Source of the DNA: Antedon mediterranea
Lineage: Eukaryota; Animalia; Echinodermata
Length of the DNA stretch: 64,000 nucleotides
Direction: 5' to 3'
Assembly (NCBI RefSeq): GCF_964355755.1
Contig: NC_092673.1
Span: forward strand, 6,262,001-6,326,000
A program made the position numbers and the translations under genes. Positions 42,241 through 55,244 of the stretch are shown piece after piece (the first letter of the stretch is position 1; each line of letters starts with the position of its first letter). Below the pieces are notes generated by a model. It was not told the DNA's origin. It saw only the letters and a program-made list of their open reading frames with translations, and searched no databases.

Positions 42241-43220
42241 CTGTATGTGATACGAAAAGTTCCATGAATATCTATATATTATATTATGGTTAAATTACAC
42301 AGACCACTGCATCAATTTTTTTTTAATGCTTATTTTATTCATTATTCATACCGATATGAAAAATCATTAAAATAAAGAATGAAATGAAAATAAATTAATT
42401 CCAATTAAAACTACTGTACAACCAAATTAATATACAACAAATATGTATCCATTAGTCACCATAAGTCCCTTTGTTAAAGGAACTTCTTAAAATAAATTAA
42501 CAATAACAATCAACACTGTACTATAAAATCACAACCATGAAAAAAATGGTCTGTAATTATTCCTAAAGGGAATGCTTAGCCATAGTTCTTCGACCCCGAA
42601 TGTCTTTGTACTTTTTATAAAGAGATCTGTTTAGAATACCAACAATCAATTCAGTATGTGTTAAAGAAAGATAATCCCTACTTAGTATTAAATATACTCT
42701 AAGTTTCTTACAATAATTTATAATAATCTTTACACAATTATAGAAAAATAGGCATTTTAGGATACAATGCAAAGTGGAATTTGATACAGTAGTTTAAGTA
42801 ATCTTTTATTGTGTATAGTTTAATTAGTTTATTTTGGTTGATTATAGGATCAAAAGTATATTATAGCAATTATCCGGATGTGAATGTTTTCATTTCCAAT
42901 GGCACACTTCCCTTTGTGATTGCACTCTGTAACTTTATGCAAAGTATTATATTAGTACTTTGAAGTGTATAATGAGAGTATCACAATTAAAATAAGTCGC
43001 TTTGTCTTTTCCTTATAAACGGTTAATAAGGAAACAATGTTTCTATGTGAGAGAGCGTGCAGCGTAATGGTAAGGGATATTTGACTAGAGAGGCATGGTT
43101 CGAGACCTATCACAGTCTGTATCATCATCATCATGTATCCTAGGCAACATACTGTACTTTACTCTCATTGCCTCGTCCTACGTCATCTTGTTGAACATGC
43201 ACTATTTAGAGATAGACTTA

Positions 43221-43909
43221 GGGCCTGTCCGTAGGGGTTGAAAATACCAGCTTATTCCCGATTTCCGTTCGCGTGATCCAATTAACTTCTGCCTCAGGCT
43301 ACAAAAAATTTGAGGCAAAATGTTCACCAAATTTGCAGGTTATTTCAGCGATAATCCAATTATACTCGGCCTTCGAGGATTAATAAATCTCCGATAGAGG
43401 CAATGTGTCAAATTTTGACAAACGTTCGCTGCCTAGGCCCGTCATTTCTCCTACACGCTTCGAGAGCGATCGTCAGCTGGTGCTGTCCTTGTTGGTGTAG
43501 ACCGCTTAGTAGGCCTAGCTGGTCGGTGGTGTTTCCGTCGTGTAACATTGGGCTCAAATTCTTCGTCAATGAGTAAAATAATGGTCGTCAGGAGAAGGCA
43601 TATTTCGGCAGGATTATCGGCGTTAAGAGGCATAAGGTTTGTCGCAAGAATAAGCAGTGTAAAAGGTAGCAAGTAATTGTTATTGTAAAGAAAGATCGCG
43701 TGTAAAAAATATACAACACGAAACTAGCGTGTGCGAAAATGGGGTCGTAGGTTGTAAAGACAACTGACCTTAAAACGTAATTTCCGGTTTGTGATTCGTC
43801 GATTAAGCATTTAAGCGGTTAAATATTTCAAGTACGAACAATGCTCAATTTATAACCCGAGGCATGGGTGAAATTAAGCGCTTATTTTAACCACCGTACG
43901 AACACGACC
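43221..43909. mobile_element. PIF/Harbinger-like non-autonomous element with diverged TIRs
   Basis: GGGCCTGTCCGTAGGGGTTGAAAATA / TATTTTAACCACCGTACGAACACGACC; TTA duplication; it interrupts a decayed SINE. Confidence 0.65.
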
Positions 43910-46590
43910 TTAGCGTACTGTATTGTCTCCCACTGTGCTGAGCACAGTTCTGAACTCAGCTCTTATCTCTGGGAGAACAGTCTTTACTGAAGAAGAAATT
44001 TATAAATTAAACTAAAAACTTTAATTGTATCATTTAATAAATACACTCACTGACACAATCTTTCTTCATCTACTGTACTGTAACTCAAATTGCTTGAAAA
44101 CTATTTTAATCCACATAAAAATGTATTTTTTTCATTGGAATGTTACTATACACTTAACCAAACTGAAGATAAATGCTTTTATAATTGATTTGTTTTAACT
44201 TTATCAAACTACAGGTTGAAAAAGATTTTTTTTTCCTGCGGTATAAGTACCGGTAAGTTTTTCTCTGTATCAAGTAAACGAGAGATTTCTACTGTAATGA
44301 ACTGCATACAGTAGAATAAAAGTCATTGGACATCAAACTACATCATTACAAGAATCATCATAGATATACCAATTTTGCGATTAAGTGTCGCCATTTCACG
44401 ACACTCCACACAAGACTGTCGCTGTCAAATCTATTTTAAAATATGACTTGTCATCAAATTGTGTACATAACAGAGGTTTGGATTACAATTTTGCCAGATG
44501 TACACAGAAATATAATTAGCCTAAAACCATTTTTTGTATCATCTTTTTAGTTTTAGTTACATACCAACGTGTCTATTTCAAATGTCAGCTTGATGTGGTG
44601 TGTGTTCGTTGGGTCGGAGTTCACAAGTTATAATACTGTACAGTAACCCCTCTATTTCATTCTGTAAACATTCACAATTCGTTTACAAGTCCACTATAAG
44701 GCATTAGGATTTTCATATTATTAACATACAGGCTGTACATTCAACACGGCACATATAGTAACTTGATTGCTTCATCGTCTTGTCTTGTTCAATTCAATTT
44801 CAAGGAAACCCATCCAGTTAATAAGTAACAAATATTTGCCAGAGAAAACTAATTTTGCCTGAAGTTTAACTAAGTTTGTTAAAGGCTGCTCAACCAGTAT
44901 AAAAAGATATTTAAATTTAATGTAATGCAAAAGCTCAAACAACATGGAAAAAAAGAGGGGTTGCATATAGTCCATGAGGCATCTGTGGTTGAGTATTCAT
45001 CCCTGCCATTCCACCCGTGCTGTTAAAAGCCTGATAAGTGATATTTTTATTTTTATTTTAAGGGTACAAAAACATTTTTTCAATGTTTGACAAGTACACA
45101 ACCAATTAAATGTTTCTGGTAAATCAGATATTTTAAGTAATTTTCCCAGTAAATTGAAATTGTACAAAAAGCATTTGGCAATGAAATATTACTTGATATA
45201 AATTGACTTCAACTCATTGTAACAATTAAATATGAACTCCATTCATGCACTGTGAATAATGCTTCTGTATAACAATACAATAATATTATTACAACCAATT
45301 AAGTCAATGCTATTATAGCCGCGAAATAGTGAAGATGAGCAATTAACAGACCATCAGATCAATAAGTTCACTGACTTTGACATTGCTATGCTTTTATATT
45401 GCTATTCTAAGTCTTTTTCTAATATACTGTAAGCTCAACGAATGTACAGCATTTAATAAAGTCAATTAAAAAGAAATCTTTTAAAATCTTAATTGATTTT
45501 AAGCATTTTTAAATTTTGATGCAAGATTGCCCAGTTTTCTTTTGTGCTAATATGTTGCCCATGTATACCCCTGACCTGAAGTTTTGGTACAATGATTAGT
45601 ATTGATATCGGTTGTGTATTTTTTAGATAATTGGTACACACAAATCTGTAGAGAAAGGAATGTGTTTCACCTACAGTACAACTGTAAAAAATAAAACATA
45701 TTTACTTTAATTAAACTATTCTTGTCAAGTATCAAATCAATGCTTGTCATTCAATTGATAAAAATCACAATTACAGCTAAAATGTGCACAGAATATTAAC
45801 AATTTCACACTAATAACTTTATTTTACAGATTGGCATTTCACAGATTATAATTGTTTTCTACAATTACCTTATCAAAAAAAAACATCCATTTTGTTATAT
45901 ATTTGAAGAAATTGTAATGTACAGTATTGAGTCTATAAAGATGTTTAAAAATATTAATATCAAGTAAAAATGTTAACTTTGATTGGTCACAGCATACTAA
46001 AGGCAATGTCTAAAATGTTGGTACACCCCAAAAAAATATCAATTTTGTTACGTATTTGAAGAAATTGTATTGAGTAACTATAAGAGAAGTTAAAAAATAT
46101 ATTTTTAAGCAAAAAATATCAACTTTGATTGGTCACAAATTATATTGCCTAAATATGTTGGTGTTAATACAATTATCCTAGCAGATAAAAATGGAAATTT
46201 ATTCCAGGTCGAAATAAACTGATCAAAAATAACTGGTTGTATTGATGGAATTTCATTCTTAATTACAAAATTGAACTCAATTACTTTGAACTTTGTCTTT
46301 AAACATCCATCTATAGAACACAAATTAGCAATTAACAATGGACATTGAAAGTTATTAAATGAATCAAAGTGCTAAAACCCTATTAACTCTAAAAAACAAC
46401 TTTTGTCAAAACCAAACAGAAAGATGATGCTCAATGCCATTAACATTTGTCAGTTAGCAAGAATTTCAACAAAAGCTGAAGTTGTGGTAATAAATAGCAT
46501 TTTAATGTTGGACATTGCAGGTTTTCAATCGGCTCCAAAAGCTATTTTTGTTTGTAATAGAAGCTACTATTACTATGTACACTGTACAGT

Positions 46591-46893
46591 ATTTAAAGTT
46601 CTGGGCGAACTCTTCAGTCAAAGACTGGTCTCCCAGAGGGCCCAGTTGGTGATCAGTGGCTGTGATGTACTAATACGCCGGGGTAACCCCCTACTCGTCT
46701 CGAAAGATGTACTAGGTTCTTTAAAGTGCACACGAGCTAGTACACTGGACCTACTGTACGGTTTATAGTCCTTATCCGAGAAGACTCGTTCTACCACCAG
46801 AACCATGGAGTGAGTGAGCCTCGAACCCCTGCCGATGTTATGGCTACGTAATAACGGTTCCACTGTCTTAACCGCTTGGCCACTCACTCACTC
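46591..46893 (-). mobile_element. tRNA-derived SINE, second copy
   Basis: Reverse complement of 37141-37435 with few substitutions and one 5-bp insertion. Confidence 0.85.
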
Positions 46894-46933
46894 TAGTAAA
46901 AGTTGTAATACAAATCTGTATGTGTGTTGAAAT

Positions 46934-47138
46934 TACACAAACCAGATGATGATAGTGTTGGTAGTTTATGAGTGCTACTTTACCAGGATAAACAGACAAT
47001 AGCGAGAAATATACAGTACAGTCCACAAACCACACCCTCAAATTGGAACAACCCTATTTTCATAAACTTTCAACTTTTCAAATTATTAGATTAGAAATTG
47101 TGTTGGTTTATCCAGCTAAGCTAGCCATCAAATATACT
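46934..47138. mobile_element. Miniature non-autonomous DIRS derivative (~205 bp, both termini)
   Basis: Left TACACAAACCAGA..GTGTTGGTAGTTTATGAGTGCTACTTTACCAGGATAAAC; right GGTTTATCCAGCTAAGCTAGCCATCAAATATACT. Confidence 0.75.
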
Positions 47139-50100
47139 AAAAATATTTGTAAAAAACAGTCAGGCTTTTTTGTGTTAATATTCTCATTTAAGGAGGTATA
47201 AATTTGGACAGGCTATAGTGTAATACAGTTAAGAAAATAGAATACTGTACTTACCAGAACAATAGCATTGTTTAATATGATGTGTAGTTACCTGTTTTTA
47301 TCAATGAAATGTACGATGCAATGCGGAACATTATTATGCCGATGTACGTTCACACATTGAATGGTTTGGCCTACTGCGACTTCATGCATAACTGGAAACA
47401 CCCCCCAGGGAGTTGTAGACTAGTCCTACTGCTTGTTTGAATGTGGCCACACTAATAATGTTCAGGTTAGAGAATTTCATTGATTGACAAAAGCAAAGGA
47501 ATTCATCTTTAACACCATTAAAATTGTTGAAAGACCAATGCATATTAATATCTCAAATTATTTTTGATAAAAAATTTAAATCTATAAGATACAGTAAGAG
47601 AGTACTGGTGTTCAGTGGAGTGATAATGAAAATAAATGTCAGGGGAAAATTTCATTTTAAAATTTTGTTTAGCATATTGCAAATCAAACTGATTTTTTAG
47701 TCGAGAAACCTAGTTTTTATTGTATTTTTTGCTACACAATTATTGTTAGAAATTTGTAGCAAAAGGGTTGTTTTGTATAGCTTTTTGCTATGCTACACTG
47801 ATGAAATTATTCCCTGAATATATGCACTGCAGTATTTCAACCTCAGTCTGTCTGTAAACAGTGTGTGTTAATAATTTTAATGTTCACATTATGTACGACA
47901 ATCAAAGGATGAATCACAGTATAAATAAAGGGATTCATACTGTACAGTAGGATTGATACAGGCATTTTATAAAACATTTTACAAGAAATCAATTCTGGCT
48001 TTTAAATAATTCTCATGCACTTGCACTTGTTTGGTGTTTTTTTATTATATTACATTTTTTTTATTCAATAAAAATGTATTTAATTTCATAAAAAAACATT
48101 ACAGTAACACCAAACTCTGGTACTCCGATATGATATTCATTAATTCATTCATTTATCTTTTTATTTCGGAATATCATGGTGACATAATATTATATCCATA
48201 GCAAAAGATAGAGAAAAAAAAAATCTTAATCTAACAGCTCATAGAACAAAAACAAAGATATGTAAATATATAAAGTCAATGCAACAAAGCATTCCATTGT
48301 ATGTGCATTCTTGACACATTAAGAACGTGGCGATTAATGGCCATGATCAAGGAATTACTTACTACTTGCGTTCACACGATTTTTAAAACTAAAAATATAA
48401 ATATAGGACCTCGGATTGGTAAAAACAAGTATTAACTCACTCACTAGTATCACCAATCTATTGTGTGTATACCATACAATCAATTTTCTTTGATAGTTTA
48501 GTAGAATGAAATGAAGAGAGACCACAATTTCAAAATAAATTTTGCTTTTAATTAAGAGAATGTCTACACTATCAAACTTTATGTGACAAAAAAATGTGTT
48601 TATGCTCATCATATTGACTCGATGATGTCATATTACTACTGTACCATATTAGGGCACATCACACCTTTTTCGTCGAACTAGTAGTGTAGAGAAGAAATAT
48701 TTTTGTCGATGTCATCACTGAAGTGGTGATAATTATTAATTAATAATATACAACTGCCATGGTCAAATGGGAAACTGAGTAGGTCTATAACAAACCTCCT
48801 CGAAGACGAAAAATTAATATACTGTAGATTGAAAACCAACAGCTAAACAACCTTGAGAATACTGATCCCACAAAACATATCGCAGGAAATTGTTGAAAAA
48901 AGGGAAAATATAGGGCAGATAGAAGCCTGCTTATAAAAATACAAAATAGTAAATCAAAATATGATGATGTTTATATTTAAAACACATTAGCAGTTGGTTG
49001 TACGAATGAATTATTTTATGAGTTGTTTTTAATATTATAATGATCTTGGACTGTACTGTATAGTAATGGAAATACTATAATTACTTTTTAAATAACCTGT
49101 TGGTTGGTGTTTAAAAGACAAAGAGTAGAATTATCTATTGAACTTGAGTTATTTAAAGTAGTGGAGCTATGGCTAGGTGGTTTAACATGCTTGCCTTTCA
49201 ATCTCAATGGACGGGGTTCAATCCTGACCCAGTGTACTGTACTGTACCTAGTGTAGTGTACAGTACATGGCTCTAACTCATACTCATACAGTAGCTCTTT
49301 CTAAGTTCCACTCCATTACCTATGAGACTTAATAACATGATGAACTAGAACTACACTCCGAGAGTGCATACCTCCTTGGCGGAGGTAAATTATAGGGATC
49401 TATCCTGAAATTGGTGAGTTTCTCGCTGTTGGATGCTTAAAAGAAAAGTGAAATTTTAGGAGAGTCAGGAGATATTTTTCCCATCACAGGGCATCAAATT
49501 TAACCATCAAATTTTTTTTAAAATATCAGTTATTTTGAATGTAAATTTTTAAGTATTGATTCAACAAACAAAAATCAAAGTGACAAATGATTACGTCAAG
49601 TACCAACGGAAGTTCAATTTGACCGATCAGTCATGCTGTATGACTCGTAGGATCAAAACGATTCAAATTTTAATAGCAATGACCTTTAAGGTCAATTTAT
49701 ACTGTCCAGCGGAAATTGGAACAGAAGCACTTTAATTATTTTGTTCTGATAAATTGACCATGTAATTGTAGGTTTCAAACATGAGTATAATAATAAATGT
49801 AGTGTAGGTCTGCAACTTTAAAGGATAACTCTAAAACTGTCTATTGTTTAGCAACAAAATAACAAGATTAGAACAAGTGTCGTAAAAAAATGCCTTCTTT
49901 TTTTAAAAGTGGTGCAAAATTTTTGAAAAAGGATGAACTAATTTGAATAATGTTTACATTTAAAATGCTGAGTAAAAACTTCGCTGAGATTCAAAACAAG
50001 TGGCAGGAAAGTTGTACAGGAAAACCGATAGTGAACGATTGGAAACCCTCCAAATGTGATTAAACGATAATGAAATTCCCGTCGTTATAAATATGGCAAA

Positions 50101-51452
50101 CACAGTTAGACATTTGCGCTTTATACAAAAATCTTGGTCACAATAAAAACATCTCAGTAATAATGATTTACGAGCTTTTAACAAAAAATAGAACAAGTGG
50201 CATTTACGACTAGGCTCTGTATTCTTCCCAAACAAATGAAATGTCTACTTGAAGTATCAAACGCATTGCTAGACGTTATATACAAGCACATTAATATTAT
50301 TAATAGACCTACATAGACAGTATATAAGACTAAATACCAGGATATGTCTCTGTTGCTACCAAAAAACTAATAACTGTACAATACTGCAAATAAATTAGCC
50401 CAATTTTTTTGCAGCAAAAATGTTGAGTCAACTACCATTAAAATATCTTGACACAGGAATATCCCTGTACAGTAGGTCCTACAGTTTAATTAACTATCCA
50501 CAATTCTAAAAGCAAACACCCTTAAAATTAAAAATTATCTAAAGTGAATACCAAAGGGAAATCCTTAAATTTATTGACAGAACAGTAAAATACTTTGTAT
50601 TTGGGAATACAGTAATCTCATTTTAAATATGATTTGTTAATACTGTACAAGATTCAAGATTCAAGAAATTTTATTTGTCCATAAAAATGGAAATTCACTT
50701 TGCTTGGTAGATTAAAACAACAATATTGCAACAATTTAAAAACGTGCAGTATTATAACAGATTAAAAATACAACCACTGGATTATAGAACTACAGCATAA
50801 ACACATGCTTGAAACAAAAACTGAAATTCACTGTTGCTGAGATTTTAGTAGTTTATACTAGCCTGTCTTGCATGTAGGCTAAAACAAATCATAGCTTTTT
50901 CGTATCTATTTCAGAATCGAAAACTAGTAAAGCTATATAAAGGTAATTGATGCTGAGTATAGTTAGCTTTCAATCTACAATCGCTGAACCATGTCTACTC
51001 TATAACCATACTCTATTACTGTCTGCTACTAATGAGCATGAGCAGTAAATACTTTTAAGTATGTCACACATCAATATCCGATAAAATGTTGTCATTTTCC
51101 ATGATAATTATAGTGAAATCCACAGTGATGTAATTTTGCAGTTATGGTGGTTTGGATGATGGTAATACACACAGTAATAATAGAGTACTATTTAAATACA
51201 CCGGGCTAGAGTCTAGAATTGTCAGCAAAAACATCTTTCCTATTTGTGTCTTTAACGTGAAAATTATCTTTAAAATTCATTATTCCTCCTTGCTTATAAA
51301 CAAACTTACAAATAAAAACTACTAGTTTTTTTTATAATTTCATTTCAATAAGCTACTGTAGGTTTAGCAAAATGGTGTGATAGAACAAGTTGGCAAAGAA
51401 AACAAATGACAAGGCTTTCTACCTTAAGTATTCAAATTGTAGTATACCTTAA

Positions 51453-51632
51453 AGATGTATTATCCAGATGAAATGTAATCAAATTAATTTAGCTGTTAAA
51501 TTACGTAAAATTGTTGTTTTTGGCTTGAATTTTCGACTAAAGGTGAATAACTTAATATTACTTTGATATGGTTAATTTAAATTTAAAATATGTTGACCAT
51601 CATTTTTTTGTGTTTCAAGGGACAATACATCT
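51453..51632. mobile_element. Short Kolobok-like MITE
   Basis: TTAA-AGATGTATTATCC ... GGACAATACATCT-TTAA. Confidence 0.6.
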
Positions 51633-51646
51633 TTAAAGATACTGTA

Positions 51647-52464
51647 CCGTATATTTCGGTGTATAAGTCGCACCTGTGTATAAGACGCACCCCCAACTGA
51701 GAGTAAAATATCGGTATTTTTTATATCGTCGATGTATAAGACGCACCTTATATTTCATCAAAACAATGTTTTTTTAAAATGTAATCAATATTATTGTAAT
51801 AATATATTTTGTTATATCTACAACGGCATCCTTTATTTATGTTTTTTCTTACCTAGGCTCGGCCGCGCCCAGCCTCAACAAGTTCTTTCTAACTTGTTAT
51901 TCATGAGTTTCGCCGCAACATCGAGTGCATGACCGTGTGTGTAACACGCACGTGTGTGGGCTAGCCTCGCTTGATCATTTCGAGAGGGCGCGCGTTTTCA
52001 CGGACAATCGTATTCGATTAGTATCTATGTATCCGAGAAGTGTGTACGCTAGGTCCATGCTATAATCACCTGGAGAATATACTAGTCGAATACCGTACAC
52101 CATGTGGCCACCAAAATAAGGGCTTGCGCTTGGGGTACGGCGGTCGTGCGTATAACTACTGTATAAATAAATACTATTCCAATCGTACGACGTAAACGTT
52201 TACAAATAAAATTTTATCGGAGCGCCATAATGAACAAATCTTTTCATCATCATGCTGAAATGACTTGAAAACTAGGCAGAAGCAGGTTGCCGTTACGTTA
52301 GTTAGTTACTGTAGCTGTTACTCAGGCCTAGCAAACGAGGTGATAGCCTAGGCCTATGTACAATCTGTGTGGTGAGGCATTTATGTTCGGTGTATAAGAC
52401 GCACCCTTAATTTAGAGGTCAAATTTGCGTGTCAAAAGTGCGACTTATACACCGAAATATACGG
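51647..52464. mobile_element. Tc1/mariner (pogo/Tc2-like) non-autonomous element
   Basis: 27-bp perfect TIR CCGTATATTTCGGTGTATAAGTCGCAC, TA duplication and subterminal GTATAAGACGCAC repeats. Confidence 0.88.
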
Positions 52465-54848
52465 TAGATACACCAAATATGCACACATGGTAAAATATGG
52501 GGATTGCATATCCACTCAAACCTTGTCCAACTGTCTATACATAATCTTTGTCGGGATACTTTACTATATCAACAAATTTGATCCGAGTACCGCACTACAG
52601 TATGCAGAAAATAATACACAGTTGAATAAATTATTGCTATTTTAACTATCAGTATCAAATGTTATGTTTTTTTTTTTATAGATTATTACTTGTTATACCT
52701 TGTGGTATACCACATCCTCCTATCTAAATGACTTCCTTTATTTTGTTAAAAATTCATAACATAATAAAATAGATTACGGTAATACAGAGAGCATTTACTG
52801 TAGTCTACAATTGAATGTCAATGAACAAACAAGGTTTTCATTCTAAAATTATGTCGTCGAACCTCTTCTATGAAAGTGTCTCTGTTCCAAAAGAGTCAAC
52901 CAATATTATTATTAATATAACAGAGGCGGTGCCGACGTACATCATATTTGCACACAGTGCCATGGCACATCCTGTTCTGATTATTACATGTTTCCTGGGC
53001 GTCATTAAACCGATCCCTTCGCAATCCTTCATATTTAGGCGTTCCTACAATGATGGTATTCTGCCGGACACACATGGCATACCACCTTCCCAACAATGTG
53101 GTATTTCGCCTGGAACCATTTCTAACATGCGTGAAATAACCACACACACACAGGGTGATAATGTATTGCCATTCGGATTGCAAGGAATCTTTTGAATTGA
53201 TGATCTTACACATGAAATTTCGCGAAAGCAAAACAATTAACAGTAAGCCAGACAAAAATGGAATCTATCGACCAAACTTTCACTAGTATACTCAACCAAG
53301 AGCAAGTGGTTGAGGAGGATGGTAGAATTTTATACTTATAACAAGAATATTCATACTCAGTCCCAACAATGAAGGATGAGGCTTTTAAAAACATCATTAT
53401 GTGATCATTATTACAATAACATGAGGAATAAAAATGAATTGTAATATCCTCAATAAGTAGTGCTATACTACTGTACATTCAGCCATGGAGGTGTATAGTA
53501 AATAATTCTTTCACAATCTAGCTGAATATTGTAGAGGAGTGCCATGCTAACCCAATTGTGAGGCCCTCTGACTCGGCCACTTTCGTTCAAGCAAAGGTCT
53601 CAAAATATGGCCCAGATTAGAAACAACCAAATAATGTAAAGCCTGCAAGACATGCCGCTAGAAAATAATTTGACCATCAGTAATTGGCAATTGACCAGTA
53701 CTATTAAAGCTAAATTGCAATAAATGATGACCACAAATTAAAGGACAGAATTAAAACGACCTATTTATTATATCGATCAATACTGCTTCACCTTATAATT
53801 TCTTTCAACGAACAGTCGATTATCGAGAATCATTGAGCGACCTAAAAACCTTTTAAGAAAGCTGAGTTAGTGTCCTACATTGGTTTGAACCCAATGCATG
53901 AAAAAAACCAAAAGTCCTGGATGTAGCTAAAAAGTTTAGAAGATGGAAGTCAAAAAGTATAGGAGTACACAGACAGTACAGCACTTTTGGGGGGTATCTA
54001 CAATGGGTTACTTGTTGGGTGGATGCTCTGTTGAAATTAAGGCTGGGTGGAAGGCCTTAAAATAAGCTTTGGAGTAGGTATTAAGAAATGTTTGAAGGTA
54101 GGTGGCCACGCCCTCCTTTGGCCAGTACAATCGCATCCTACAACCTATTGTACAGTACCTCTATCTATCTGGTACCCATATGTGCTACAGTATGTTAGGT
54201 TAGACTCCAATATACTGATCTCATAAGCACTAAACTTGGGATATACAGTAATTCGAATAAGTTTTAGCGTACTGCATCTAGTTATCAAAGTTAACCAGGT
54301 TAGCGCATGTATCACAACTTACTGCAAGGTTTTGTACTACAGCACTGTACAGGTACAGTATCATTTGAAGAATATTAATAATAAAAGGAATTCTAATTAA
54401 CTGGATCTAGGTTGTGGTCTAAAAAGGTTACAGCTTAATAATAAAAAACCTATTGTATAACAAAAACATCATATTTACACTGAATAGACCAATTATTTCA
54501 GGTATGGATATGTAATGTCTAGAATTTAATTAAAATGGTCTTAAACTGGACACAAGTGTCTTCCTTAACAAAGCCGCAGCTCACTAAAAGAAATTGATTA
54601 AACTGTTAAATTTAATTATAACACACTACTTACCCTAATTAGTACACCAATTAATGAAAAGCTTGTTTATTCTGCAAGTTAATTGGTAACCTACACATTG
54701 TAGTAGCCACGATTATTGGACATGGACACTACTATCTTTCAAAGATCTTCATAACAAAATAATTTCTTTAAAAAATCATAATTTATATTTAATGACTTAT
54801 TGATATACTGTAATAACACACATGCCGATTGTATTCTTTCAATTTGAT

Positions 54849-55043
54849 TACACAAACCAGAAATGGTGTTGGTAGTCTATGAGTGCCGCTTACCTGGATA
54901 AACACGACATAAGCCCTTTTCCACGAAGTGCGAAACAATTACGAAAAGAAGATTTTAGCGGTAGCTCACCTCCATGATAAATGGGACAGTCCGCTATAGC
55001 GCCCTCTAGTGGGACCACTCCCACGTAATACCGTCATCATTTC
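54849..55043. repeat. DIRS 3' (YR-side) ITR with 39-bp outer extension (terminus A, TACACAAACCAGAAATGGTG...)
   Basis: 54888-55043 is the exact reverse complement of 60122-60277 (156 bp). Confidence 0.95.
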
Positions 55044-55078
55044 CCAAGACCTCTTGTCTGAGGGGACGGCGGGCGGGC

Positions 55079-55176
55079 GTTTATCCAGGTAAGCGGCACT
55101 CATAGACTACCAACACCATTTCTGGTTTGTGTAGTCTATATCGTGCCTGCTTACCTGGATAAACACGACATAAGCC
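55079..55176. repeat. DIRS internal complementary region (ICR)
   Basis: 55079-55133 is the reverse complement of 54849-54903, and 55133-55176 is the reverse complement of 60250-60293. Together they spell the circle junction of the two ends. Confidence 0.95.
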
Positions 55177-55244
55177 AGTGTAGCACCGGACTAGATATCT
55201 AGTCGGCGGTGGGTGACAAGTAACAAAATTTTACCAGTACCTAC

